A stretch of 64,000 nt of DNA from the human T2T-CHM13v2.0 reference genome, Homo sapiens. Position numbers and translations under genes: made by a program. The stretch lies in the NCBI RefSeq assembly GCF_009914755.1, contig NC_060931.1, one strand, 5' to 3'. Positions 32,724 to 51,076 of this stretch are shown here, piece after piece (the stretch's first letter is position 1; each line of letters opens with the position of its first letter). The notes beneath the pieces are model-generated. The model worked only from the letters and a program-made list of their open reading frames with translations, ran no database searches and was not told the DNA's origin.

Positions 32724-33563
32724 TATGCTTTTCTTTAAGCAACAAATGCTGCCATGACAAGATGTTTTGGAATACCAAGGTCCTCTATATTTCAATGTCG
32801 AAGGTAGTACATAGCTTTGGTAAATGACTTCCCTTTACTGATAGCCTGACTGTACCTACTTTCCCCTTCCTTCTATCCCTTATTTGGATGTTGTAACTGG
32901 AATTACCTTCTCCAGTCCTCCTTGCTGCTCATTGAACAGCTCATGAACCAACTGGGCTATGTATATCCATTATTAAAGAACAAGAACCTGATGTTAGGAC
33001 AGAATAAAGGTATTTGAGTATAATATGTAATCTATTATTTTCTCATTACTTCTACCTCAACTGTTATTCCTTAGTTCTCCAAATAGGAGAAAATAATTTT
33101 TACCTCTTTTGAAATCACAAGCGGGGTTGTAGAAGTGATTTTAAACATTCAGGCACATACTCCCATACACACATAACAAACCCTATTCCACCCATCAGCT
33201 TAATGTTCTTGGCAATTTATTTAACTCACACTGTGGGCAACCACTGCCAGCTTCAATTGGCTTGCTGCCTTTATTGATGTTTTCAGGACCCAAGACCTTT
33301 TTATTCATGTTTCCCATTAATCTCAGATGCTTTACAACATTTCTAAAGACAGGAAAACATATTGGGTCAAATTTACAGCTATCTTTGAACTCAGTAGTTG
33401 AATCTGCTAAGTCAAACCCAGGTTTCAGCCAGCAAAGTAGCTTTGAAATGCTAGTTTGAAAAAGACTCAAAAAGCTTTCTTAGGTGTCAGTTCCTCCTGG
33501 GAGAAAAGAGACAGGAATCGCATTTTAATGATTCAAGTCTAGGTATATCACAAGTGCAGCCTG

Positions 33564-33691
33564 TTTATTTTATTTTTAGTGGAGTGAGAAGAATCACCTA
33601 TTGAAGATGCTTTCTTATATCCACATATTTATTTTATTTTTAGTGGAGTGAGAAGAATCACCTATTGAAGAATCTTTCTTAAATTCACATA
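33564..33691. repeat. 64-bp tandem duplication (2 copies)
   Basis: tttattttatttttagtggagtgagaagaatcacctattgaaga...cacata twice; first 44 nt identical, about 4 differences later. Confidence 0.95.
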
Positions 33692-34532
33692 TTTAGTCTG
33701 TTTTTTTAAAAAGTTTAAACCCATCACACACTACAGAGGCAAGATATTTTTATAAATCACATGCTTTCATCTTACATGATATCTTAGTAATACAGTAATT
33801 CTTTAATATAAGGCTTACAAATATTTTAAAAAACTTTTCAGCATAATTCTTTTGAGAATAGGGCTAGTATTGGTCACAACTATAAAACATGGCATTTATT
33901 TTTGGTTCCCTGTCATCTTTCTTCCAGTCCTTTGTATTACCCACCAGGTATACCTACCTTGGGGCCCATCTATCAGTGCTTCAGCTCTCAGCAATAACCT
34001 ATTACTTTTAAAATAAAGGGTGTTTTCTCTGGGCAAAATTAAGAAGTTAGTCAGCCCTCCTTTGATCTTTATGACACTTTTCAACATTTCCCACCCCTGC
34101 TTACTTTCTCTTCCTTCAGGTGTTAGAAAATCTTTTTAAAATATCCCCTCTCACTCCATCAGATAGGGGAATTAACAGCAATATTTATTATTTTATTACC
34201 TAATCATAAGCTAAAACAAATATCTTTTAACCAAATATATATCAAAATTTGTACTTTAAGTTCAATTTCTGAGTTTTAATGGTGGCAATGTTAGGTTTCA
34301 GCCTCCTTTAAATATACTTTTGAGTATGAGAATATGTGTGGGGGTATGTCTCAAAGATAAGGAACCCCTGGAGTTGCATGTTTAATCCAAAGGTAGACTT
34401 GCAAGTATTACTGACTTCAGAATGAAGCAGTGTAGTGGGGAAGGGAAAATCTCCTAATGCCTTCCCAAGGAGGACAAGCAAGTGCAGGTCCAGCCAAGGC
34501 TTCTTACCTAGGTTTCCCTTGCATTTGGAAGA

Positions 34533-35345
<813 letters not shown>

Positions 35346-36316
35346 GACATATTTTTTAAAAATGCAAGTGCTTGAGTCATTTTTATGACCCCTGATCAAA
35401 ACAGTTACACATTGCAAAAAAAGGCATTGCCTAGATAAACAAAATATTCTTGAATCATTTGCTCTAAACTAGGATATTATTTCTAGGCCTTTACTCTATT
35501 TACTTGGAACACTTTTTCTGTCTGTATTATTGATGATGGCAATTAGATATGAATATCTAATATGTTTGTCATAAGGAAAGATATTAATTGTGTTAATAAG
35601 ATTCAGTAATGATATAATTTAATGCCATTTGTTTCTCATAGTTAAGTTCTAGATTTCAAAAAATTTTTCTATTAAAAGATTGATAATTCTCAATTCTGCA
35701 AGGAAGGGAGAACAACATAAACTGATTTTTTATTAAACCCGAGAACCATTTAGGAATAAATGATTGATATGTTGAATTGTCTCCTGCAAATAGGTGAAGA
35801 TACCTGAAAAATAAAACATGGTATCTTTCATTCTTACTGAGGTGATTAAATGAGAACAAGTATGGCTATCTGAATTATCCCTGTGAACTTTAATAAGCTA
35901 CTCTATCTATTAGGGAATCTGAACTGAAGACTATGCAGGCATACAAAGGCTCCTAAGTTCAGTACAATTAAGGGGGAAGAAGAGGGAACACATTATTATT
36001 ATAATAAAAAAGTAAAAGTGCAATTTACCCCAGTAAAAAAAAAGGCACTACAAAAACCTGAAAATAGTAGAGGAAAAGTGCTTTTAAAATTTTTCAATTA
36101 TCAATAACAATTGAAAGATAATATAAAATTCATTAATTATATAGCTGAAAATATATACTAATAAGAGAATAATTACACTATACTTTAGTGGAACTGAGCA
36201 AAATGTAAATATTATAAAGAAACAAACATAAAATATATATTTAAACTTCAGTACACAATATGATGCTATTGTAGCATTTTTCCATTTGTCGAAGGCAATG
36301 ATAAAAGTGAAAACTG

Positions 36317-36608
36317 GGCTGGGTGCTGTGGCTCACACCTGTAATCCCAGCACTTTGGAAGGCCAAGGCTGGCAGATCACCTGAGGTCAGGAGTTCGAGA
36401 CCAGCCTGACCAACATGGAGAAACTCCATCTCAACTATAAAAAAATACAAAAGTTAGCCGGGCGTGGTGGTGCATGCCTGTAATCCCAGCTACTACGGAG
36501 GCTGAGGCAGGAGAATTGCTTCAACCCGGGAAGTGGAGGTTGTGGTAAGCCAAGATTGCGCCATTACACTCCAGCCTGGGCAACAAGGGTGAAACTCTGT
36601 CTCAAAAA
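36317..36608 (+). mobile_element. AluSp, full length
   Basis: cctgaccaacatggagaaac, ggttgtgg and gcaacaag; TSD aaaagtgaaaactg at 36303-36316 and 36609-36622. Confidence 0.95.
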
Positions 36609-36910
36609 AAAAGTGAAAACTGAAGTGAAAGTAGTAATATGTAGGAAATTTTATGATTTTCCAAATGTGTATAATGGATTTTCATGGTGAACTGTGTTTT
36701 GTATTCAAACACAAGAATTTTTAAAACTCAGACAAAAATGGATTAATTCTTAAGTGTCTCAGGGGAACTTAACTGGAAATTTTGTGTATCTTATTTATTG
36801 AAATGCTATAAAATAGGCAAACACATTTAATTGGGATTCAGGCGGTTTAAGCACAGTTCAGTATTACACAGATAAATAATGGACCTGTACAAAATTGAAC
36901 TGGTGCTTTA

Positions 36911-37099
<189 letters not shown>

Positions 37100-37321
37100 T
37101 TATTTTATTTATTATTATTATACTTTAAGTTTTAGGGTACGTGTGCACAATGTGCAGGTTAGTTACATATGTATACATGTGCCATGCTGGTGCACTGCAC
37201 CCATTAACTCGTCATCTAGCATTAGGTATATCTCCCAATGCCATCCCTCCCCCCTGCCCCCACCCCACAACAGTACCCAGAGTGTGATGTTCCCCTTCCT
37301 GTGTCCATGTGTTCTCATTGT

Positions 37322-40754
<3,433 letters not shown>

Positions 40755-41633
40755 TAATGAAATCATGTCCCCTCTTTACTTTCTCTCAAGTCTATCTCTT
40801 TTACTGCTTTCCCAGACAGATCAGTTTTAGCTTACCATAGCAACCTCTGGGACTTGACCCAGTCTTTGCAGACCTGTCAGATCAGTGTTCTCTCTTGAGC
40901 AAATTCCTTAAGTGACTCTTTCCTATCACATTAGATCTAACTTGCTCTTTTTGAATTCTCTAATAGGGATATGTTTAAATTAGTTGAATTAATTTTTGCT
41001 GCTCTTTCTGAATGCACTTCTGTGAGTCTAATGAGTCTAGGCTTCTTTAATTTAAATAAAACTATAATGCTTATTCCAGCATCTATACCTTTATTTACAA
41101 TTATCCCTTTGATCAAAATATCTGTCTGTCATTTATTCAGTTACCAAATCCTCAACACTTCTGGAGATCCTAGGCCAAACTTTTCTTATCTATCAATGAG
41201 TTCTCTGACCACTAGGTCTATTTTAATCCACCCGCTCCCTCACTTCTTTACTCTCTTGTTGCATTTAGAATAATTCTGTCTCATATTGTTTGCTGTTAAG
41301 TTCATGTGTTTTAATCAATTGTCCTGCAAAAAGCTGTAAACTCCTTGAAAACATGGGCTGTGCTTTCATCTTCTTAATTAAAAGCAATAACTAGCTCATA
41401 GGTCACTTTCCAGGAGTTTTCAATATTATGCTTTAGCTCTAATAAAATCTTTATAAGAGAATATAAATGACCTAGAAATGTTAATAAAATATACACCACT
41501 TAAAAAGTATGTTGATTAAAGTGAAATTTTAGAAATATGAATTAAAAATAAGTAATAAAGACAAACATCACAATGAGCTTTACCTTAAAAACATCATCTG
41601 AGGTAGTACAGGAAATTATACAGAGAATATTTG

Positions 41634-41650
41634 AAAAAAAAAAAATATAT

Positions 41651-41697
<47 letters not shown>
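41634..41697. repeat. A12-(TA)n-T15 near-palindromic tract
   Basis: Directly visible at the tail of the truncated Alu. Confidence 0.9.
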
Positions 41698-41833
<136 letters not shown>

Positions 41834-42129
41834 TAGGGAAAATAGAATTTTAAAAAGCAAAATGACTAATCAAGTCTGTGTAGATACTGACTGATAAGTA
41901 GAAAGTAGAACATTTCTCACTCTCTCTCAGCATTAGAACCCTGAGATCAACATTAGCCAAGTCATGAATTTGTAGGTATATGTAGAATTAGAAAGAAGCA
42001 ATTTGGAAACAACTGTTAAATAATTGATTGATTTATATTAAAAGAGATGAAATCTGTAATACATATCTATCTGAAGGTATTATAATTTGAATTCCAGTCC
42101 CTCTTATTTTAGGGGTTAAATGGATATTA

Positions 42130-42395
42130 AGGGAGTGTGAACCAGTGGTTAAAATCTCTTTGGGACTTAGAAGTATCTGAGATAAAATCCTGTCTCTTCT
42201 ATTAATTAAGGTGTGATTGTGGCCTAGTTACTTAGCTTCCCCACCCAGTTTCAGTCTTTATAAAATAAGCATAATAATAGTGTCTACCTCATAGAGTGAG
42301 TAGAAGATTAAATGTGATACAGAATTTATAGCGGGGAAAAATTCTTGGCATATGAAAGTATTAAATACATGTTTGCTGTTATTGCTATTATTATT
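42130..42395 (+). mobile_element. MIR SINE
   Basis: cagtggttaaaatctctttggg...gtgtgattgtggcctagttacttagc...aataatagtgtctacctcatagag...gattaaatgtgata. Confidence 0.65.
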
Positions 42396-43881
42396 TTCAT
42401 AAAATATATTATCTTTTACATTCACTCAGAACCAGAGCCAATATTTCTATAAACTGTATTGTTTTGGAATTAAATGAAAAGTTGTGTGATAATATGTTAC
42501 TCGTTTCAATACATAAGGAATTTATACTTCTTCCTTACAAAAATAGAGGTTTTGAGAATATTCCTCATTATTTCAGAGGTGAAACAACAGAATATGACAG
42601 AAAATACTGAAAAATACTATTGTAAAAAAGATGCGGTTAAATCATCATTGGCCATTGCAAGTAAAATTTTGGGATTAAGTATACTGTTAAATTAGTCAAT
42701 ATGTACATTTTAACTGAAATAAATAATTAGCTTAGATAATACTTCTAACTTAAGATAACTCATTATTCTCATTTGAACTTAAAATTCTTCCACTGGTGGT
42801 AATTTGAAATGGGCTATAATCCCATTGGTACCTTTTTTATGACAAGGGTTTTGGATCCTCCTGTCAGAATTCAACTCAGATTTAAAACCAGACTCTGGTC
42901 TCACTTTCTCCATTAGATAACACCAAAGATTGCCCTATTTCCCTTTAGAATTTATTATTTATATCACATTTTAAAAAATTTGGTAATTTGAGGCCTTGTC
43001 TTGCAACTTACTACCTCATGGATATATGTCTTAACAACTCAATTTTAATTTTATAGAGGATAGATTACTCAGTATTCTCATCTGTAAAACAGATATAATA
43101 AGGGTGTCTGCCTGATGAGAATGGTATAGGAATCAAGAGTAAACATAAGTAAAATGCTTAGAAGAGTGTCTGGCATATATTCAAACCTATTTGTTAAATA
43201 AAAACTAGATTTCTTTTGCATTTTTTTAATCACCTATACTATGCTATTTTTGACAATGAAAACAAAATTGTACTTGAAATAATCATGAAGAAATTGGCCA
43301 TTTGGGATAATAATGTACTTTTATGCTGAAGGCTGCTTTTAACTAATACAAATGCATCCAATATAGATAAATTAGTAAAATCTTAATGAGATAAATAAAT
43401 CAGTTTGCCTTTGTAAAACTTTAAATGTATCTAAATTTAGTGACTTAATTTAGTGACTTTTCCAATTAATTTGTTGTCTACACCATCTTCTAAATATACT
43501 ACTTAAATTCCTGTTCCCATGTCTTAACTTTTGCAGTTATGCCCAAATACCTTATGCTTCCGCTCCTCTAGTCCTCATTCTACTCATGCTTCAGTACATC
43601 AGCGTCACAGACCACTCTGCCAGGCAATATTAGGTTCACGATGAAAAGGGAGAAGAAGAAATGTTGGCAGATTCCCGCGATACTCAGAAAACAGTATAAA
43701 AAGGACCAAGTGGTTTGAAACAGGATTTAAGATGCAAGAGATTACAAAGAAGCCTTCCTTGTAGATTGAATGTTAGCGTCAATTACTGATATAAACATCT
43801 TTGGAGGAGACCTCGTTTGAGCAAAGTTAATGACTTCTGTTCTGGATGTGTACAATTTAAAGGGCCTATAATATGTTTTAC

Positions 43882-44100
43882 CCATGCATCCTCAACAAGG
43901 ATGATATTGCCACCAAAGGGGGTAAAAATTGGTTGCTGGGGAGTAAAAAAAATCTTACTTTTTATGCACAAAGTATAGAAAGGCATATAGTACATAAACA
44001 TTTATGCTACTGCATATTTATCAAAATTTCATGGAGGGCAATTAGGAAAATATTGTCTATAACACTTATGGGAAGCACAGATAATGTGAAGAAGTATGAA
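43882..44100 (+). mobile_element. hAT-type MER remnant (family not resolved)
   Basis: catcctcaacaaggatgatattgccaccaaagggggtaaaaattggtt resembles MER20/Charlie-like left ends. Confidence 0.4.
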
Positions 44101-44377
44101 GTTATTCAAGAAGTATGGAATTTATGTGAGAATATGTGTGGGAGATCATATGTGTGTATGTATGCACATACACATATACATCTAAAGGAAGTCAGTGTAC
44201 ACACAGGAATTGAAGCCCCATGCATAGAAGAGTTTACCAGGGTCAGTAAATTCCAACTCACATTAAGAACATTAGGAGAGGTTTAAAAATCTTTCTGGAC
44301 CGCACCCTGTGGAAATTCAATTTTTAAAGCTTCCCGAGTTAAGTCTAAAGTGTAGGTAGAGTTAAAAGCCACTTGAA

Positions 44378-44678
<301 letters not shown>

Positions 44679-46829
44679 AAACCACTTATCTGGGGAGAGG
44701 AGTAATTAACGAATAAAAGTTGTTCTGTGACAGTCTTATGGAATTAGTTCCCAGAGCAACTGATATGAAAGATAATTTGGAACTTCAGAAAATATGGTGT
44801 TTTGCTAGCAGAGTCAAGGGAAAATTTGCTATAAAGAGGCTGAGTTGTGCAGTTTGTAATCTGAATTGTACAGAATCTGCAGTTCATAATCAGTTTCAGC
44901 TTTTGCTGAGAATTTGAAGAATGCCATAAAAATATTTACTGGATTTAACAAAATGGAGTTCATTGGTTTTGGCAAAGCAGATGACAAGTTGAAAACAGAT
45001 TACAGTAGAAATAGTTTATTCTATATAGATTATCTAATTTCTATTTTTTCCCAAAAACACCGTGGTTATAATCTTTTGTCTAACATCTGTTGGATTGTCA
45101 TTTTCTTACTGATACATAACAATGTCTTGTAATTTAAACATTACTGAATTTATTACATATTTTAAAGTCTTTATAAAAATTGCTTTGTTGTCTTAATTTT
45201 ATTTTTAATTTAATGTTCTTTTGGTTTTGTCATTTCAAAGTTTAAAATATTATGCAGTAGAATTTACCAATCTGATACAGTAAACTAAGGGAAGACACTG
45301 GGCAGGAGCAATTTATACACAATGAGACAAACCAAGGAAGAAAATTTTAATTAAATTTTTCTTATGTGTAATTGAGGATATTGATTAAAAATTGATGACT
45401 TTCCATTTTCAATATGGTGATTATTAATTTTGCTTCTTTTGTCTTCCTTTCATGTATGAATATTTGTACTGTTCTAACATCTATTACCTTAATTTAATGG
45501 CTAGTGAACATTATTTTAATGGAAAATTCTTTAAACGTTAAGGCATTTAGTGAGGTAGATAATAGAAGCAAATAAACACTATTTAAGATTTATATTATTA
45601 TCTAACCATTGCACAAAAGGCATCTCATAACTCTAACTCATAGTAAAATGAGTATATTGATCTCTCCATTTCCCAAATAGTGTTTTAAAGATAAAATGAA
45701 TAATATGTCTTCATCATTATTAAATTATTGTGGAGATATTTAAAATTATGATAGAAGGTTTAGGATTCTTAATGGACTATAGGTTATTTATAAAAATAAA
45801 TGAATGGATTGCATTTAGAAAGAATATTTATAAAGCTAATTTTCATACAACTTTATTTTGCCATCCAAATAATATTTTTTGGACAATTGAAACCTAGATC
45901 TCTGAAAAAGAATTTCAGTCTGTACTCATAAAAATACTATGAGATTATATTGCTGAGTTAGCACCATGAGAACAGTGTTTCTGCAAATTTTTTCTTCTAG
46001 GTGCCCACCCCACAGCAGATTCTTCACCAATATTTGTTAGAATTTAAATTTAGCCCAATTCTTTAAATAAGAATGCAGAGATTTCATGGTCTAAGAATAG
46101 AACAATCAGCACTCTTTGTGTTCTATTTTACTGCTTCATAAATAAAGTTCTTCAGTCCAAGACATCTGAACATGTATCAGAATATTCACTAATTATTGTG
46201 AACATATTTTAAAATGGCTTAGGCTACAGATTCTTTCCTTACAAATCCATCCCATTGTTTGGGGAATCCAATTGTAGGGTGCTTCATATCAGGACAAAAA
46301 AAATAAATTAGTAAACTTGTTTCTTTTTCTAAAAACGTCATAATAGATTTGCAATTTTCCATTATATATTTATTCAGCTTATTTTTGGAAGATGTTGGTC
46401 TTGTTAAGATATCACTGAGAATACTACATTACTATGTACAACTTATATTCTGGGAACTGTAAGTAACATTTAGCTGCTTACCCCAAATGGCCAAGTAAAT
46501 GAACAACTGTTATGTCTTATCTTAGAAATAAAGGTTCACATAATCATCTTTCAGTGCAGAGTATTAACATTTGTTTGAGAAGAGCTCTTCAGTAGAAAAT
46601 ATAGCTAATATAGACACTATTATTCTCAATAAAACCAAAACAAAGCTGTAACTCTGAGTCTGTTCTCTTTCACCCCATTGCCTCTGTAGGAGAAAACATA
46701 ACGAAAGCTCCAGTGCTCAGCACCAGCTCATGAGCACATTTGCCTCACTTAGTGTTTAAGATTGTATGCAGAAGGGCTTCATTTTTAGAATTAACAATGG
46801 TGCAATTCTTCATTAAAACATGTATGCCT

Positions 46830-47644
46830 AAAGAACATGAGCAGACACTTTTCAAAAGAAGACATACAAATGGCCAATAATATATTAAAAAATGCTCAAC
46901 GTCAGTAATCATCAGAGAAATGCAAATTAAAACCACAATGAAATACCATTTCACACCAGTTAGAATTGCTATTATTAAAAAGTAAAAACTTACAGTTATT
47001 GGTGAGGCTGCAGAGAAAAGGGGACGCTTATACACTGATGGTGGGAATGTAAATTAGTTTAGCCACTGTGGAAAGCAGTTTGGAGATTTCTCAAAGAACT
47101 TAAAACAGAGCTTCCATTTGACCCAGCAATCTCATTAGTGGGTGTATACCCAAAAGAAAATAAATTGTTCTACGAAGAAACAACATGCACTTGTATGTTG
47201 GTTGCAGTACTATTCACAATAACAAAGACAAGAAATCAACCCAGGTGCCCATCAGTGGTTGACTGGATAAAGAAAATGTGGCAAATATGCGCCATGGAAA
47301 AGAATGAGATCATGTCATTTGTGGCAACACGAGTGCAGCTAGACCATAAGTCTAAGTGAATTAATGCAGGAATGGAAAAACAAATACTGAATTTTCTTGC
47401 TTACAAGTGGGAGCTAAACATTTAGCATTACACACGGACATAAAAGTGGGAACAGTAGATACTGGGGGGACTATTACAGCGGGGAAGGAGGAAGGGGACA
47501 AGGGTTGAAAAATTACCTATTGAGTACTATGCACCTGGGTCACAGGATCACTCATATCTCAAACCTCAGTGTCATGTAATACCCCCATGTAACAAATCTG
47601 CACATGTACCCCCTGAATCTAAAATGAAAATTGAAATTAAAAAA
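46830..47644 (+). mobile_element. Older primate L1 3' end (L1PA15-L1PB type)
   Basis: ORF2 C-terminus (catcagagaaatgcaaattaaaaccacaatg) through the 3'UTR (tgcacatgtaccccctgaatctaaaat) and A tail. Confidence 0.9.
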
Positions 47645-48224
47645 TGTCTTCCAAATAATTTTTTAAATGACTATGCTTTCTACAAAAATAGAAGAAAAAA
47701 ATTTTAAAAAAATTCCCTCTGGGTTAAACATGGTAGAGAATTGTCACACAAAAGAAGCATTTGCCAGCCATCATTTGCAAATTTCAAGATGTCTAGGAAT
47801 CTCATAAGGAAATTGTTTAAAATGATTATTTACAGCCTCCACTGCCAGAGATTTTGATCTCATCAGGTTGGGATCCAGGGAACTCCAGAGACTGCATGCA
47901 TCACATTTTGACAAACAGTGAAAAAGAATCCTTTTTTTCTTTGTCTTCCACGTGTTTAAAATTAGGCAGAGAGTTGGTGTTTCCTCTTTGTGCATACAAC
48001 TAGACTAGATTTACCAGACATTGTTACATAAGGCATGGCCATATAACTGAGCTGTAGACAATGGAAAGTGAGTGGAAGGCAATTATTGGTCCTGACTCAT
48101 AAAACCTTACTCAACACACTTGTCCAAGCTCTTTTCCCCTTTCAGCCTAGCTTAAGTGGAGGTGACCACTATGGTGGCATTGAAAGTCAACAAAATGTAT
48201 AGGAGCAAACATCTTCTAAGTTAG

Positions 48225-48412
48225 CAGTTCTCCTCAACTTCAGCACAGACACAAATCAAATCATATGCTTGTTAAACCCACAGATTATAAAATTCTACCA
48301 CCAAAGATTTTGATTTGATAGGTCTAGAAGAAATGCACAGGAATCCGTATTTTAAAAATCATGAGGCAATTCCGATTTGTGTGATTCTGGTTCTATAAGT
48401 TGAGAAGCACTG
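48225..48412. mobile_element. MER5-type hAT element
   Basis: Terminal inverted repeats cagttctcctcaactt ... aagttgagaagcactg; gcttgttaaa...cagatt, gattttgatttgataggtct. Confidence 0.6.
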
Positions 48413-50058
48413 AATGTGTGTATGTGTGTATGTGTGTGTTTAAGTAATAGTGTAGTTAATGCTAGTGTTGGTTACTAATTATATGTCACTTATCAAACTA
48501 CATCTATTTCTGCATCTTTTTATATATTTATTTTAGAAGACAATAACATTATAGGTTACAGAAAAAACTGGATCTCCAGAAATCACATTATAGATTACAG
48601 AAAAAGAAAATTGGATCTCAAGAAATCATCTAGTTTAATGGAGATCCTAATGAAGGCAGATGTCTAATCTCACTTTTTCTCAAACTAAATAATACCAGCT
48701 ACTTCAACTCTTCCCTTAGGGTATTATTTTATATGTCTATAATGATTTTATCTTTTTTTTTTCTGAGCACTCTCCATATTCTTTACCTCCTTAAAAAATA
48801 AGGAGAGCAAAGTAAATATATTGATAAATGTTATTAATGCAGAGTATTACACAAAAATAATTTATAGGCTTTACATAAGTAGCCATTATTTATATTATAT
48901 GTATTTTAAATACAGAGGATATTATTTAATTTCCTTAATGTATTGGAGACTTTAAAATGAAAAGTACATGTATCTTGTTCATTTTTATATGTCTGACTTA
49001 CATTGGTTATCTTTTGCTTCTCATATATTTATTTTGCTTTATATCTATATATCTATTTATCATCTGTATCTATCTATCTTCTATCTATCTAATTTTGGCG
49101 TTTTATCTTAAAGTTTAAAAAAATCTATGGCACTATATACACCTATATGACCTTGATTCTCCTCCAGTGGTTTCCTATTTGTATGTTGAGGAGCTATTAT
49201 ATTTTAGACAAGAAGCTTGGCATTTTATATAAATTTCATATTTCAAATAGCAATTTATATTGCCTATTATATGACAGATGGAGAAATGAGATTGATATGT
49301 AATAACTTACTTGCCCAATATCATTTACCTAGTAAATTGCATTGTAATTTAACATGTTTTCATGCTCTTTTGTCTTAAAAAAATTAAAGCTTATGAGAAA
49401 AATTTTTATAATGAACATCCTTATATAGATAATTTTTATTTCATTATGAAATGAATTTTAACCAGAATTATGTTGTCTTTGAGTGGAAGTCACCATAATG
49501 GCAGTCTACAATTATGTTTATTAGTCTCGTCCATTGAATCAAGGTGCACATATTTCCCTTCTAGAAGGCTACTAATAATAATTTTCTCTCAATGCTTTTC
49601 CACTTTGAGCTTAAGGTGCTCCCGAATAAATTACTACACTAAATCCTGCCATCAACCAATGCAAAAGAGGAAGCATTTCAATGCATATATAATTTGTATC
49701 CCTACTTGAAATGCAGCATTAGATTTCTAGTCACCTCATATTGGATTATTCTTATTTTTGGGTAAAATTCAGTTTATGTACTAAAGATTCCATCACCAAA
49801 GTGAAAATAGTTGGGCATTATATTACATTATCTGCTACCTTCCTCAGAGCAGGAATTTTTATTTTGCATAAAAATGTCCTTTGTTTTTCCCTGAGTATTG
49901 AAATGTTCATGGTTTAGAGTCCAAATCTCTAAATGAGATCACTAGCTTGTATTTACTATGCTAATTTATCTTTTCTCATAGAACAATACCGGGTTTTCTC
50001 TGTGACTGCTGCTTTTCAGTGACGTATTGATCTGATTTTGGCTAAACAATACAATATT

Positions 50059-50608
50059 GCTAAAATCTGGCTAAGAAGAGGACCATATCAGATAATTCAG
50101 TAGAACTGTATATCATTTTCTATTAGAGAATTTATGTTTTCCCCTTGAATAGTCTATTTTTCCTAAGTTTGGACCATATTAAATATGCAGATGTACAAAG
50201 AACAACTATAAGCAATTACAACATACTAGATATGAAAAATGTTTTGATAAAAAGTCTATTAGGAATTATATCTCCTTTCTGCATCTTTCAGAAATTAGTT
50301 TTTTACTTTTCATAAGTTTTACTTTTCATAGTTTTCTTAAGATTACTTAAAGAGAATATCTTCTTGTCATTGTGAAATCGATAAAATATAAAAGCCATCT
50401 TATATGCGTCTGTTTAAACCTGCTGAAACATTATAATGAAATTGAAAATCACCATACATTGTGTGCAATAAAATAATGCATTATTAGTTATATTAGCACT
50501 CAGATCATTAAGAAAATAAAATGTTCTTTATCAAATTTTCAAGTCAACCTTTTGCTCTGAAATTTATCACTGCAGAAAATATTTAAATGGGAAGTCTGAA
50601 TTTAATGC
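50059..50608 (+). repeat. Left arm of a 550-bp inverted duplication
   Basis: Reverse complement of 51077-51626; by eye 1 substitution and 2 single-base homopolymer indels. Confidence 0.98.
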
Positions 50609-50914
50609 TTTTGTATCTATCTGTTCTTTTCAGGAATTTGAGGCATTTTGTTAGTTTTCCATTAACCACAAATATATATCTTACATTTCACCATAAGATA
50701 TGAACATAATTTAGGAGACGAATTAGTTCAAAACAATGGACCATATTTATAGGATCATTAATGCAAATAAAGGAGCAGTTGTACATTTATTCCAAAATTT
50801 TATCTGAAATTTGGGAGGTTTTGTGGTGATGGTAGATGGATTAGGGATGATACTCTTCCTATACAGATTTCTTGCTCTGCATGGATGTATATTTGTAGGT
50901 GTGGGTAGGTGTTG

Positions 50915-51057
50915 ATGTCTACTTGACAGTGGAGGGTGGGAGGAGAGGAGCAGAAAAGATAACTATTGTGTATTGGGCTTAATACCTGGGTGATGAAGTA
51001 ATCTTTACAACAAACCCCTGTGACATGAGTTTACCTATGTAACGAACCTTCACCTGT
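50915..51057 (+). mobile_element. L1PA (older) 3'UTR fragment lacking the poly-A
   Basis: ggagggtgggaggagaggagcagaaaagataactattg...aatacctgggtgatg...tttacctatgtaac. Confidence 0.85.
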
Positions 51058-51076
51058 TGTTTAAAAACATATTTTT

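Noticed and set aside
35656-35859. Minus-strand acceptor-like sites near 35814 and 35697 with a 67-aa ORF
   Set aside because: No convincing matching donor and no recognisable protein
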